Positions 30,304 through 39,607 of a DNA stretch of 64,000 nucleotides are shown here, one piece after another. The translations under genes were made by a program, and so were the position numbers. Under the pieces are notes generated by a model. It was not told the DNA's origin. It did not search any database and was given only the letters and a program-made list of their open reading frames with translations. The stretch is from Thermodesulfobacteriota bacterium. Lineage in GTDB: Bacteria > Desulfobacterota > Desulfarculia > JACQYL01. Each line of letters begins with the position of its first letter. The stretch's first letter is position 1. The stretch spans positions 1,120,001-1,184,000 of the forward strand of contig CAXXLZ010000002.1 of NCBI GenBank assembly GCA_963675595.2. Reading direction: 5' to 3'.

Positions 30304-33300
30304 TTAAGCCTCCTGCACGGCATTGCGGCCGCCGCCGGCATGAATGGCGGCGGAGATCTGACTGTCACGGAAGCCGATCATGTCTATGGCCCTTTGAGGA
30401 CAGGCCGCGGAACAGATTCCACATCCCTTGCACGAGGCGGAGATGTTCTCCGCCCGAAAACCCTTGCCCTGCACCGCGATCAGGTGAATGGCGCTGAACG
30501 GGCAGGAAGCCTCGCACAGCCCGCACCCGATACACAGCTCCTGGTTCACGGAAGACACCAGGGGATCCACCTCGATCTCCCCACGGCTCAACACTTCCGC
30601 CGCACGGGAAGCCGCTGCTTGGGCCTGCGCGATGGACTCCTCAACGGGCTTGGGATAATGGGCCAGACCGGCCACGAATACACCGTCCGTGGCAAAATCC
30701 ACGGGACGGAGTTTCATATGGGCTTCCAGAAAGAAGCCGTCCCCATTCAGCGGCACTTTGAACATCTGAGCCAGACCCTGCACGTCTCTGGGGACAATGG
30801 CGGAAGCCAAATTCAGGAAATCCACCGGCAGGGTGACTTCCCTTCCCAACACATGGTCCTTCACCGTAATTTCGAGCTTGGGTTTCCCCTGTCCGCTCGC
30901 AACCTTCACCTTGGGTTTGTTTTCCAGGTCGAACCGCAGGAACAAGACTCCCAGCTCCCTGGCCTTGCGATACAGCTCCTCCCGTTCTCCAAAGGTGCGC
31001 AAGTCCCGATACAGCACAAACACCCTCAAATCGGGCTTGCGCGTTTTGAGATCGATGGCTTGTTGCACCGAAGCGGTACAGCAAATCTTTGAACAATAGG
31101 GCCGTTGGGGCTCCCTGGACCCGACACATTGAATAAAGGCAACGGCTTCGGCCTCGTTCAACAGGGCCGGATCGGCGGCGAGTCGCTCTTCCAGCTCATG
31201 TCCTCGGGTCACCAGATCGCTTTGCCCGTAAAGGTATTCATCCGGCACGAAGGACTCGGCGCCGGTGGCCAGCACGGCCACGCCGTGTTCGATTTCCCGG
31301 TCTTGGCCTCCGCTCTCGAGCACCGTCTTGAAGTTCCCAACAAACCCGGCGACATGGCTTATTCGGGTTCCGGTGAACACTTCGATCTTGTCATGCCCGT
31401 GAATCTTGGCCTTCAGGTCCTCCATGTAGCTTTGCACATCCTCGCCTTTCCAGGTCTTCTTGAGCTTGAGGGCATGCCCCCCCAGCTCGCTTCCCTGTTC
31501 CACGAGGTAGGTATGAATGCCTTGGGTGGCCAGATTCAGTGCCGTGTTCATGCCCGCAACGCCGCCTCCCACCACCAGAGCGTTTTGACTCAATCCCACG
31601 GTCATCCGGCCCACCGGCTCTAGAAGCGCCGCCTTGGCAACGGCCATGCGCACCAAGTCTTTGGCCTTTTCCGTGGCCTTTTCCGGCTCGTTTTGGTGAA
31701 CCCAGGAATCCTGATCCCGGATGTTGGCCAATTCGAATAGATGGGGATTGAGGCCCGCCTCCTTCAGAGTTTCCTGAAAGAGCGGCTCATGGGTCCTCGG
31801 CGTGCATGCGGCCACCACCACCCGATTGAGCTTATGCTCATGAATCGCTTCACGGATCAGGGCTTGGGTGTCTTGGCTGCACGTGAACATGGTGTTGGAA
31901 GCGTAGGCCACGTGAGCGAGGTTCTTGGCGTAATCACGAACTTCCTCGGGGTTGATCACGCTGGCGATGTTGATCCCGCAGTGGCATACGAATACACCGA
32001 TACGGGGTTCTTCTCCGGCCACGGAAGCTTCTATGGGATAGGTCTTCTCCTTGATCAAAGTGTTCCGCGCGGATCCCAGCAGAGCGGCGGAAGCGGCCGA
32101 AGCGGCCGAAGCTTCCATGACGGAGTATGGAATATCCTTGGGGCCGGAGAATGCTCCGCAGACGAAAATCCCGGGACGTGAAGAAGCCACGGGGGAGAAA
32201 CAGCTCCCCTCGGCGAACCCGTCCGCCGTCAACGCCACCCCCAACCGCTCGGCCAAGTCGCGAACCTCACGGGGAATCTCGAGCCCCACGGAAAGAACCA
32301 CCATGTCGAAGACTTCGGCAATCACTTCGCCTTCTTCGGTCACATATTCCAGTTTGAGCTCTCCCGCGCCCCCGGGAACTTCCTCAATGCTGTGCACCCG
32401 ATTCCGGATGAACCGGACCCCGGACTCTTTTTCGGCCCGAACGTAGTAACGTTCAAACTCCTTGCCGTACGTACGCATGTCCATGAAGAAGACGGCCGTG
32501 TCCAGGTCCTCCCCCGCGTGTTCTTTCGCAATGACCGCCTCTTTGATGGCGTACATGCAACACACCCCGGAGCAATAGCCGTGTCCCATCTGCACGTCAC
32601 GGGAGCCGATGCATTGCAGCCAAGCGATCTTTTTCGGTTTGGCCTTGTCGGACGGCCTCACCAAATGTCCTTCGTATGGGCCCGAGGCACTGAGAATCCG
32701 CTCAAATTCGGGACTGGTCACCACATTGGGAAAACGACCATACCCGTATCGATGGTAGGGAGTGGGATCGAAGGCTTTGAAACCCGGCGAGAGGATCACG
32801 GAACCCACGTTGATGTGGTGTTCTTTAGGCTCCTGGCTGAAATCCACGGCCCCGGCGGGACAAAATTTCTCGCAGGCCCGGCACTTGCCCTTTTTGAAAT
32901 AGATGCAGTGGTCCGGATCGATGGCGTACTTCAGGGGAACGGCCTGGGGATACTCGACATACGCCGCCTTGCGCTGACTCAGGCCCTGATTGAAGGTGTC
33001 CTCCACCTTCTTGGGGCATTTCTCGGCGCAGATTCCACAGGCGATGCACTTCTCCATATTCACGTACCGGGGCTTTTCCGCCACCGTGACCGTGAAGTCT
33101 CCCGCCTCTCCCTCGATGGATCGAACATCCGCCATGGTCATCAGTTGGATGTTCAGATGTCGCCCGGCTTCAACCAGCTTGGGCGAAAGAATGCACATGG
33201 AACAGTCATTGGTGGGGAACGTCTTGTCCAACTGGGCCATCACGCCCCCGATGGCGGACGATTTTTCCACCAAGTACACGTAGTATCCTGAATTGGCCAA

Positions 33301-33411
33301 ATCCAGCGCCGCTTGGATCCCGGCGACCCCGCCTCCCACCACCATGACGGAGCCCACGGGGGTTTTTCCCGCACCGCCGTTCCCGCTGCCTGGGGATTGT
33401 CCGTTTGTCAT
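30304..33411 (-). CDS. hdrA: Heterodisulfide reductase subunit A-like flavo-Fe-S protein (internally duplicated, 1035 aa)
   Basis: Paralog of 26431-29454: VVGGGVAG twice, DKTFPTNDCSMC, CIGSR/CVGSR and terminal 2x4Fe-4S motifs. Confidence 0.93.
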   Translation of the reverse strand: MTNGQSPGSGNGGAGKTPVGSVMVVGGGVAGIQAALDLANSGYYVYLVEKSSAIGGVMAQLDKTFPTNDCSMCILSPKLVEAGRHLNIQLMTMADVRSIEGEAGDFTVTVAEKPRYVNMEKCIACGICAEKCPKKVEDTFNQGLSQRKAAYVEYPQAVPLKYAIDPDHCIYFKKGKCRACEKFCPAGAVDFSQEPKEHHINVGSVILSPGFKAFDPTPYHRYGYGRFPNVVTSPEFERILSASGPYEGHLVRPSDKAKPKKIAWLQCIGSRDVQMGHGYCSGVCCMYAIKEAVIAKEHAGEDLDTAVFFMDMRTYGKEFERYYVRAEKESGVRFIRNRVHSIEEVPGGAGELKLEYVTEEGEVIAEVFDMVVLSVGLEIPREVRDLAERLGVALTADGFAEGSCFSPVASSRPGIFVCGAFSGPKDIPYSVMEASAASAASAALLGSARNTLIKEKTYPIEASVAGEEPRIGVFVCHCGINIASVINPEEVRDYAKNLAHVAYASNTMFTCSQDTQALIREAIHEHKLNRVVVAACTPRTHEPLFQETLKEAGLNPHLFELANIRDQDSWVHQNEPEKATEKAKDLVRMAVAKAALLEPVGRMTVGLSQNALVVGGGVAGMNTALNLATQGIHTYLVEQGSELGGHALKLKKTWKGEDVQSYMEDLKAKIHGHDKIEVFTGTRISHVAGFVGNFKTVLESGGQDREIEHGVAVLATGAESFVPDEYLYGQSDLVTRGHELEERLAADPALLNEAEAVAFIQCVGSREPQRPYCSKICCTASVQQAIDLKTRKPDLRVFVLYRDLRTFGEREELYRKARELGVLFLRFDLENKPKVKVASGQGKPKLEITVKDHVLGREVTLPVDFLNLASAIVPRDVQGLAQMFKVPLNGDGFFLEAHMKLRPVDFATDGVFVAGLAHYPKPVEESIAQAQAAASRAAEVLSRGEIEVDPLVSSVNQELCIGCGLCEASCPFSAIHLIAVQGKGFRAENISASCKGCGICSAACPQRAIDMIGFRDSQISAAIHAGGGRNAVQEA

Positions 33412-33466
33412 GTTATCCCTCGCTTTGATCCGGTTTGCTGGTTCCGATCCCCTGGGGGAAAATCCG

Positions 33467-34342
33467 TCATATGCCCGCCGCCGCCAGGACCGAAGGTAAT
33501 TTCTCCTCCCACCCGATGGTGGAAATCAGGACTCCCGCGGCTCCTTCCTCTTTGAAGGCTCGAATCAATTCGCCCGATATATGAATGCACTCCCGGGTTC
33601 TCTCCGGAGACTTCTGGATTCGGCCGATGATCTCTTCAGGGACACTTACGTGAGGCAGGTTGCGGTCGATGTATCGAGCCATTCCGACGGACTTGAGCAG
33701 GAGCACCGTGGGGAATATTTTCCCCTTGCGACCTTCCATCTTTTTCATCAGTCCACTCAATACCGATGGATCGAACACCGGTGGGGTTACGAAGAATTCC
33801 GCCCCGAGCTCGGCCTTCTTGTCGAGATTTTCCAGCTCAAGGTCCAACGCTCCCCCGCTCAAGCCCGCGTTCATTGTTGAACCCACCAGAAATCGTGGAG
33901 TTCCCTGGAGGTCCACGCCCCCCAAGTCTCGGCCCGAAGCCAGGGTCCCGATGGAGGAAAGCAGCTCGAACAAATCCAGGTCGTTCACCGGACGGGCCTT
34001 GGGATGATCTCCGTAGCTTGGATCCTCCCCGGTCACCGCCATGATATTGGTCACCCCCAAAGCGGCTCCGGCCAGCAGGTCCGCTTGAAGAGCCAGACGG
34101 TTCCGATCCCGGCAACAGACCTGCATCACCGTCTCGAATCCCCTGCTCTGGAGTAACACCGAACCGCCCAGAGAGCTCATGCGCATGACCGCATTGCTCA
34201 TCTCCGGCACCACGAAGGCGTCCACCTTCCGTTTCACTCCGGCTGCGTGCGCCGCCATCAACGATCCATCGGCGCCTTTGGGCGGTTCCATTTCCGCGAG
34301 AACGGCGAACTCCCCGGCGTTCAGTCTCTTTTGTAACTGCAT
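33467..34342 (-). CDS. Second, divergent MetF-family protein
   Basis: AEMEPPKG, CRDRNRLALQADLL and GDHP. Has TGED where the other MetF has TGDH. Confidence 0.85.
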   Translation of the reverse strand: MQLQKRLNAGEFAVLAEMEPPKGADGSLMAAHAAGVKRKVDAFVVPEMSNAVMRMSSLGGSVLLQSRGFETVMQVCCRDRNRLALQADLLAGAALGVTNIMAVTGEDPSYGDHPKARPVNDLDLFELLSSIGTLASGRDLGGVDLQGTPRFLVGSTMNAGLSGGALDLELENLDKKAELGAEFFVTPPVFDPSVLSGLMKKMEGRKGKIFPTVLLLKSVGMARYIDRNLPHVSVPEEIIGRIQKSPERTRECIHISGELIRAFKEEGAAGVLISTIGWEEKLPSVLAAAGI

Positions 34343-34359
34343 CCGATCTTCCTCCCGCG

Positions 34360-34737
34360 CTATTGGGACGAGCGCACCAAAGCGTTGGAAATAGCGAGCA
34401 TCAACTCATCCATGCCGAACGATTTTACGTGATAGTAGAAGATGCCCTTTTGCCTGATGCAACTCTCAAGTTCAGGGTTGTTTTCATCGGCGGTCACGAT
34501 GATGGGCAGCTTCTTGTGCAGCCCTTTAATGATGGATATGGCCTCGTATCCCAATCCTTCCGCCAACCCGGCGTCCATGACCAACACGTTGATCTTCTCA
34601 CTCTGCAGCGTGACGAGGAGGTCCTTGAGGTTGTTTACCTTAATGAGTTGGTATCCGGTCTCCGAAACCCACGGATTCAATCCCGCAGCCAACTCTCCGG
34701 CAGTTTCCGCGATCAGAAGCGTACCCATTCGTTCCAT
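34360..34737 (-). CDS. Atypical stand-alone receiver-domain protein
   Basis: LLIAE, VLVMDAG, IIVTA and YYHVKS. First gene after the sigma54 promoter. Confidence 0.75.
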   Translation of the reverse strand: MERMGTLLIAETAGELAAGLNPWVSETGYQLIKVNNLKDLLVTLQSEKINVLVMDAGLAEGLGYEAISIIKGLHKKLPIIVTADENNPELESCIRQKGIFYYHVKSFGMDELMLAISNALVRSSQ

Positions 34738-34810
34738 CGTCACCTTACCCTGGGGCCGAGTCAGGAGGTCTGATGCCCTGCGAGGCCGATTCCCCACGGC
34801 CCTTCGAAAG

Positions 34811-34826
34811 TGCAACTACCGTGCCC
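34811..34826 (-). promoter_or_regulatory. sigma54 promoter of the hdr/mvh/met cluster
   Basis: GGGCAC-GGTAG-TTGCA, with an IHF-like AATCAGTAGGTTA just upstream. 17-bp boxes at 34904-34920 and 34974-34990. Confidence 0.75.
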
Positions 34827-35165
34827 ATGACTTGCCACATGGTAACCTACTGATTTCGTAATGCTTTATTAATATTTCCGCTTGTAACTATGTGATACAC
34901 GCCTGGGGCGCTTTTTCCGGTAATCTCTTGGAGTAAACCATAACTATCTAATTAAATGATACTTTTTGCTAAACGGGTAATTATACCCCAACTGTTACCT
35001 CTTTACGCGGCGTACAGGCTCGGAAACATCCTCGGCCAACGCCGCCGAACGCCGAGCGCTCTCCAATTGACCGAACCTCCCGCGTCGGCTATTTTGCTTG
35101 GCAGGCTTCCAGGCTGATGGAACGGCAAAATTGATCGCATAACGGCAACGGCGGTTGGAGAGACG

Positions 35166-35981
35166 ATGGACGGGACCTCGAAAAAAACGGATTCCCATGA
35201 GCTGCTGAAGTTGGCTCGCTCCCTCGAGGACGCGGTCCGCGGCAGAAGTTCCGAAGGAATCCTTGAATTCGCGGGTCCGGAACATCCGGAAGCGCTTCGG
35301 CGCATCGCTTTGGCCGTCGCCGGCCTCGTGGAGCAGAAGCAGTCCCGCGAAGAACAATTGGAGGCGCTCATTGAGGAGCTGAAATCCCTCAATAGGCGCA
35401 TCAGGCAGGGGGCGCTGCAGACCGTGGCCGCCATCGCCGGAGCCCTGGGCGCGCGGGACGCCTACAGCGAGGGGCATGCCCAACGTGTGGCCGAGTACGC
35501 CTTGCGTCTCGGTCGACGCTACGGACTCCCATCGGACGAGTTGGAGTATGTTCGGATCGGGGGACTCCTCCACGACATCGGCAAGATCGGATTCAGCGAC
35601 AGGATGTTTCGTAATGAAAACAGGACGTCCGACAACGGGATGGCGGACGAAATCCAACGCCACCCTCGCATCGGAAGTGAGATTCTTCAAAACCTGGAAT
35701 TCTTGGGTCCGGCTCTCGATTACGTTCGCAACCACCATGAACGCATCGACGGCGCAGGGTATCCTCGAGGCCTGTCCGGGAAACAGGTTCCCATCGGCGC
35801 CCAGATCGTGGCCGTGGCCGATTGCTTCGACGCCATGATTACGGACCGTCCTTATAGAAAAGGAATGAGATTGGAGGACGCCTTCGGCGAACTTCGCAAA
35901 CTGGCGGGAAAGGCTTTTTCCAGGGATTTGGTGGAAGTGTTCATCCACGAGATTCAGGACCCTTTGCTGCCGGCTGAGTAA
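35166..35981 (+). CDS. HD-GYP domain phosphodiesterase
   Basis: GHAQRV, LHDIGKI, HHERIDGAGYP and VADCFDAMITDRPY. Confidence 0.92.
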   Translation: MDGTSKKTDSHELLKLARSLEDAVRGRSSEGILEFAGPEHPEALRRIALAVAGLVEQKQSREEQLEALIEELKSLNRRIRQGALQTVAAIAGALGARDAYSEGHAQRVAEYALRLGRRYGLPSDELEYVRIGGLLHDIGKIGFSDRMFRNENRTSDNGMADEIQRHPRIGSEILQNLEFLGPALDYVRNHHERIDGAGYPRGLSGKQVPIGAQIVAVADCFDAMITDRPYRKGMRLEDAFGELRKLAGKAFSRDLVEVFIHEIQDPLLPAE

Positions 35982-36009
35982 GAAAAACGGATTCATTCAC
36001 AGGGTCGCC

Positions 36010-36196
36010 CGGGGGACCCATGTTCCCCCGGACCTCCATATGCGGGCTTTGCCGCTTCACGAGATGTAGGGAACGTTGAAAATCAGGAAGGAACGCTGGT
36101 TCTCCCTCAGCCTCTCCGCCGGAGGGTGTCAGCCTGTTAGAGATGTTTTTGGGGGCGGGGGCGACTTTCGAAAGAGTCCTCCTGGTGAACGCCCAC
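36010..36196. repeat. REP-doublet-like element (family A, degenerate)
   Basis: CGGGGGACCCATGTTCCCCCGGACCTCCATATGCGGGCT (36010-36048) plus a degenerate family-A copy at 36111-36196. Same arrangement as 54592-55020. Confidence 0.65.
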
Positions 36197-36265
36197 GGAA
36201 AAACCGTCGGTCGTGTTGCCTTCCCTCCGCGCCTTTTTTAAAAAATATGTTATCATTGCCGCACG

Positions 36266-38197
36266 ATGACCACCCGGAAGCCCCCATCTGCGTGTGCAAA
36301 CGCACCGCCTGAAACCGACCCCCAAACCTCCGATCTCAGTCGGCCGGCGGAACCTCGTTTCGAAGCCGACGCGACTTCCGAGCCCCGGGAATCCGATCTC
36401 CTTCAAACCAGGGAAGCCCTCCGCCGTCGATCGCATGAACTGGGGGAACGGATCAAAGAGCTCAACTGCCTTTACGGCATCTACCGACTGGTGGAACAAC
36501 CGGACTTGTCCCTGGAGGAGATTTTTGAGGGCGTGGTCCGCTTGATCCCCCCTTCATGGCAATACCCCCACATCACACAGGCCTGCATCGAATACCTCGG
36601 AAACGATTACCGCACACCCGAGTTCCGGCCCACCGTCTGGATACAGAGTTCTCCCGTGGTTGCCGGCGGCGTACCCGTCGGCACGGTCTCGGTATGCTAC
36701 GCTCAGGAATGTCCTTCCAGCGATGAAGGACCGTTCCTCAAGAAAGAGAGGAACCTGCTTGATGCCGTCGCTCGCCATCTGGGAACCATCATCGAGCGCA
36801 AACAAGCAGAGGAGGCTCTCGAAGAATCCATGGACCTTTACCGAACTCTGGCCGAACACGTGGCCGACGGGGTGACTCTGGTACAGGACGGACGCTTCCT
36901 TTTCGCCAACGTGGCTTTCGCGGCCATGTTGGGCTGCTCCGGGCCGGCGGGACTGGTGGGCGGAAAAGTGGAGGAGATTTTCGCGGGGGAGCGCTTTGAA
37001 GGGATTCGCGACAAGTATCGCAATCCGGAAAAGACCGAGGAGGCGCGACCCGTATTCCGGGTGCGTTTCGAAACTCGCGAGGTCGGGGAATGCTGGATGG
37101 AAGGATATCATCATTTCCTCACCTGGAAAGGTCGTCCCGCTCTGCTCACCACCTTGCGCGACATTACCGAGAGACGGGTTCGCGAAATGGCGATCCGAGA
37201 AGAAGCCGAGCAACTTCGCAGGGAAAACCTCCGGCTCCGTTCATCGATTCGGGAACGCTACCGTTTCGGCCACTTGGTGGGTAAAAGCACGGCCATGCAG
37301 GAAGTCTACAGACTCGTGCTCAAGGCCTCGGAAACGGACGTGCCTGTGGTGATTTCCGGAGAGTCCGGTACGGGGAAGGAACTCATCGCGCGAACCGTTC
37401 ACGAAATGAGCACGAGAAGCGACAAGCCTTTTGTGGCCGTCAACTGTGGGGCGGTCCCGGAAACCCTGTTCGAAAGTGAATTTTTCGGTCACCGGAAAGG
37501 GGCATTCACCGGAGCCTACGCCCACAAACGCGGTTTCTTCGACTCGGCGCACGGCGGCAGTCTGTTCTTGGACGAAATCAGCGAACTGACGCCCAACATG
37601 CAGGCCAAGCTGTTGAGAGCCCTCGAAGGCTCCGGATACATCCCCGTTGGAGGCGACCGCGTGCGTCGAGCGGACGTGCGTATTCTGGCGGCGACCAACG
37701 TGCCCCTTCGGGAACGCGTCCGCAAGGGTTTGATGCGCGAGGATTTCTTCTATCGTCTCAATGTGGTGTCCATACCGGCCCCGCCCTTAAGGGAAAGAAA
37801 GGAAGACATCCCTTTGTTGGTGGAACACTTCCTCAAGACCTCGGCCAAGAACGGCCCGCCGCGTACCATTCCTTTGAACGTGATGGACGCCCTGCTGAAT
37901 TACCCCTGGCCGGGAAACGTGAGAGAGTTGCAGAACGTGGTTCAACGCTACGTCACGTTGAATCGATTGGACTTTTTGGACTCGGCGGGTGGAGATATGC
38001 TTGGAGAAGAGGACCTCCACGGTGATCTCGAGGAAGACGGACAATGGAGTCTTCGGGAGGCAATGAGCCGATACGAAAGAAAACTCATTTCCGCCGCGTT
38101 GTCCCGCACGCGATGGCGTCGAGGCAAGGCTGCGGCCCTGTTGGGCGTGGACCGGAAGACGCTGTTCCGCAAGATGAAGGAGCTGGGGCTCGGATAG
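36266..38197 (+). CDS. Sigma54-dependent enhancer-binding protein with sensory (GAF-like/PAS) domains
   Basis: ERIKELNCLY N-terminal domain, PAS, GESGTGKE, GAFTGA, WPGNVRELQN and a Fis HTH. Confidence 0.93.
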   Translation: MTTRKPPSACANAPPETDPQTSDLSRPAEPRFEADATSEPRESDLLQTREALRRRSHELGERIKELNCLYGIYRLVEQPDLSLEEIFEGVVRLIPPSWQYPHITQACIEYLGNDYRTPEFRPTVWIQSSPVVAGGVPVGTVSVCYAQECPSSDEGPFLKKERNLLDAVARHLGTIIERKQAEEALEESMDLYRTLAEHVADGVTLVQDGRFLFANVAFAAMLGCSGPAGLVGGKVEEIFAGERFEGIRDKYRNPEKTEEARPVFRVRFETREVGECWMEGYHHFLTWKGRPALLTTLRDITERRVREMAIREEAEQLRRENLRLRSSIRERYRFGHLVGKSTAMQEVYRLVLKASETDVPVVISGESGTGKELIARTVHEMSTRSDKPFVAVNCGAVPETLFESEFFGHRKGAFTGAYAHKRGFFDSAHGGSLFLDEISELTPNMQAKLLRALEGSGYIPVGGDRVRRADVRILAATNVPLRERVRKGLMREDFFYRLNVVSIPAPPLRERKEDIPLLVEHFLKTSAKNGPPRTIPLNVMDALLNYPWPGNVRELQNVVQRYVTLNRLDFLDSAGGDMLGEEDLHGDLEEDGQWSLREAMSRYERKLISAALSRTRWRRGKAAALLGVDRKTLFRKMKELGLG

Positions 38198-38216
38198 CGG
38201 CCCCGAAACCCCATTA

Positions 38217-38406
38217 TGGGTCAATATTGCCCCATTCAGATAGCTTCCTATAATAATTCATAAAATTATAATTTTGACTTCCGCTCCGAGGCAATAACGC
38301 CCCATCACAACCCTCCCCCCGGAATCTGCGCCTCCTCCTCCAACCCATTTATTTAGATAATTTCAAATAGTTAAGTCCAAATAAAACGATCCGGCACCCT
38401 ATTTGC
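38217..38406 (+). promoter_or_regulatory. sigma54 promoter with two enhancer-like boxes and an IHF-like site
   Basis: TGGGTCAATATTGCCCCA (38217-38234), CGAGGCAATAACGCCCCA (38287-38304), TTTCAAATAGTTA (38361-38373) and CGGCAC-CCTAT-TTGC (38392-38406). Confidence 0.7.
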
Positions 38407-38481
38407 CTTAGGTATGGTGGAAGTCCGCACGATCGCGAACAACGAGACTGCTCAACCTCTCATAATATGGAGGATCATACC

Positions 38482-38598
38482 ATGAGTGGAACCGCTGATA
38501 TCATTCTTACGACTTGCGTGTTCTGGGTCTTCTGCTTCATCTATCTCTGTGGCATGGCGAGCCGCCGTGCAGACCGTCGCTCCGACCGATTCGCATGA
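38482..38598 (+). CDS. Small putative single-pass membrane protein (38 aa)
   Basis: GGAGGA RBS 7 nt before the ATG. MSGTADIILTTCVFWVFCFIYLCGMASRRADRRSDRFA. Followed by strong hairpins. Confidence 0.55.
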   Translation: MSGTADIILTTCVFWVFCFIYLCGMASRRADRRSDRFA

Positions 38599-38822
38599 TC
38601 CCGTTTCGCCTTTCTTCCCGCCATGGAAGGGCGAAACGAATTGAAGCTCCTGGAATATTCGAGATCCGTCAACTCCAACCCGAAACCGGACCCACCGAAC
38701 CACACCCCGTTTCGGTTCGGCGGGTCCACCTTCCGATACGATTCTAGACACCTGTGGAAACTCGATGTAACAGCGCCGAAGCTGATGTATGAAATTTCCG
38801 CTTCCCGACAAGCGCTTGAAAA

Positions 38823-39015
38823 TGAAGTGGACCCCTGAAATGGGACCACGGGTTAAGGTATACCGACCCGAGGCGAAAGAAAGGGGACACGGATGAAAAA
38901 GCGACGACGTTTCACTACGGATTTCAAGGCGAAGGTGGCGCTGGAGGCGATCAAAGGTCAACAACCGGAAGTGGACCCCAAAACCGAAAGAGCCGTCATT
39001 ACAGTAGTTTTTTAA
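38823..39015 (+). mobile_element. IS3-family left end with truncated OrfA
   Basis: TGAAGTGGACCCC...GGACCA terminus, then MKKRRRFTTDFKAKVALEAIKGQ (IS3 OrfA start). Interrupted by a second GAAGTGGACCCC at ~38968. Confidence 0.8.
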
Positions 39016-39579
39016 AGAGGGACACAGCTTTCAAGAAATAATATGAAGTTATGAGATTTGGGTTGCTACAAGATGTTGATGTGAGCTGAGAGTAGACCCT
39101 ATATGTAATGTAGTATCAGGCCATAAACGTCTTAAATATAGATCAATTTAGCATATGCTATAGATATTTGAAAAATTGAGTGCCGCCAAGACCTGAGATA
39201 TACCTAAGACTTCCGTGAGTGCGCCCACCTCCCCGAATCTTAGCTGAAATATCTTATCACCACAATATATTGGGGCAACCAGTCCCCCCCCTATCCGGAT
39301 ATCCGAAAGGAGTACCTGCATCAGCCCGGTGCCCGAGCAGCCCACTTCTAATCAACAATACCAAATGAAACCTCGAAATGAAACAGCAGACCGGTAACTC
39401 TGTGAAGGGATACGATCGATATAATTTGACAATCGGTGCCGTCGGATCAATTGCTGCCCGTGGGCTGCAAGGAGTTGCCGGTCCGCCAGGTCCTGAAGGA
39501 ATTCATTGCCGACGAGTTCGCAAGAACCTCTTATCGAAGATAGGTAGTTGAGAACATGGCTTAAGACGGTCTTTAAGGA

Positions 39580-39607
39580 TTGACATCCTTATTGGGTCTT
39601 GCATAAT
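39580..39607 (+). promoter_or_regulatory. sigma70-type promoter candidate
   Basis: TTGACA-16-CATAAT. Confidence 0.4.

Noticed and set aside
38596-38838. Sec readthrough of the small ORF's TGA into the in-frame ORF 38623-38838
   Set aside because: No ACCWGG..AGGT SECIS core. The extension is hairpin-derived and ends inside the IS end.
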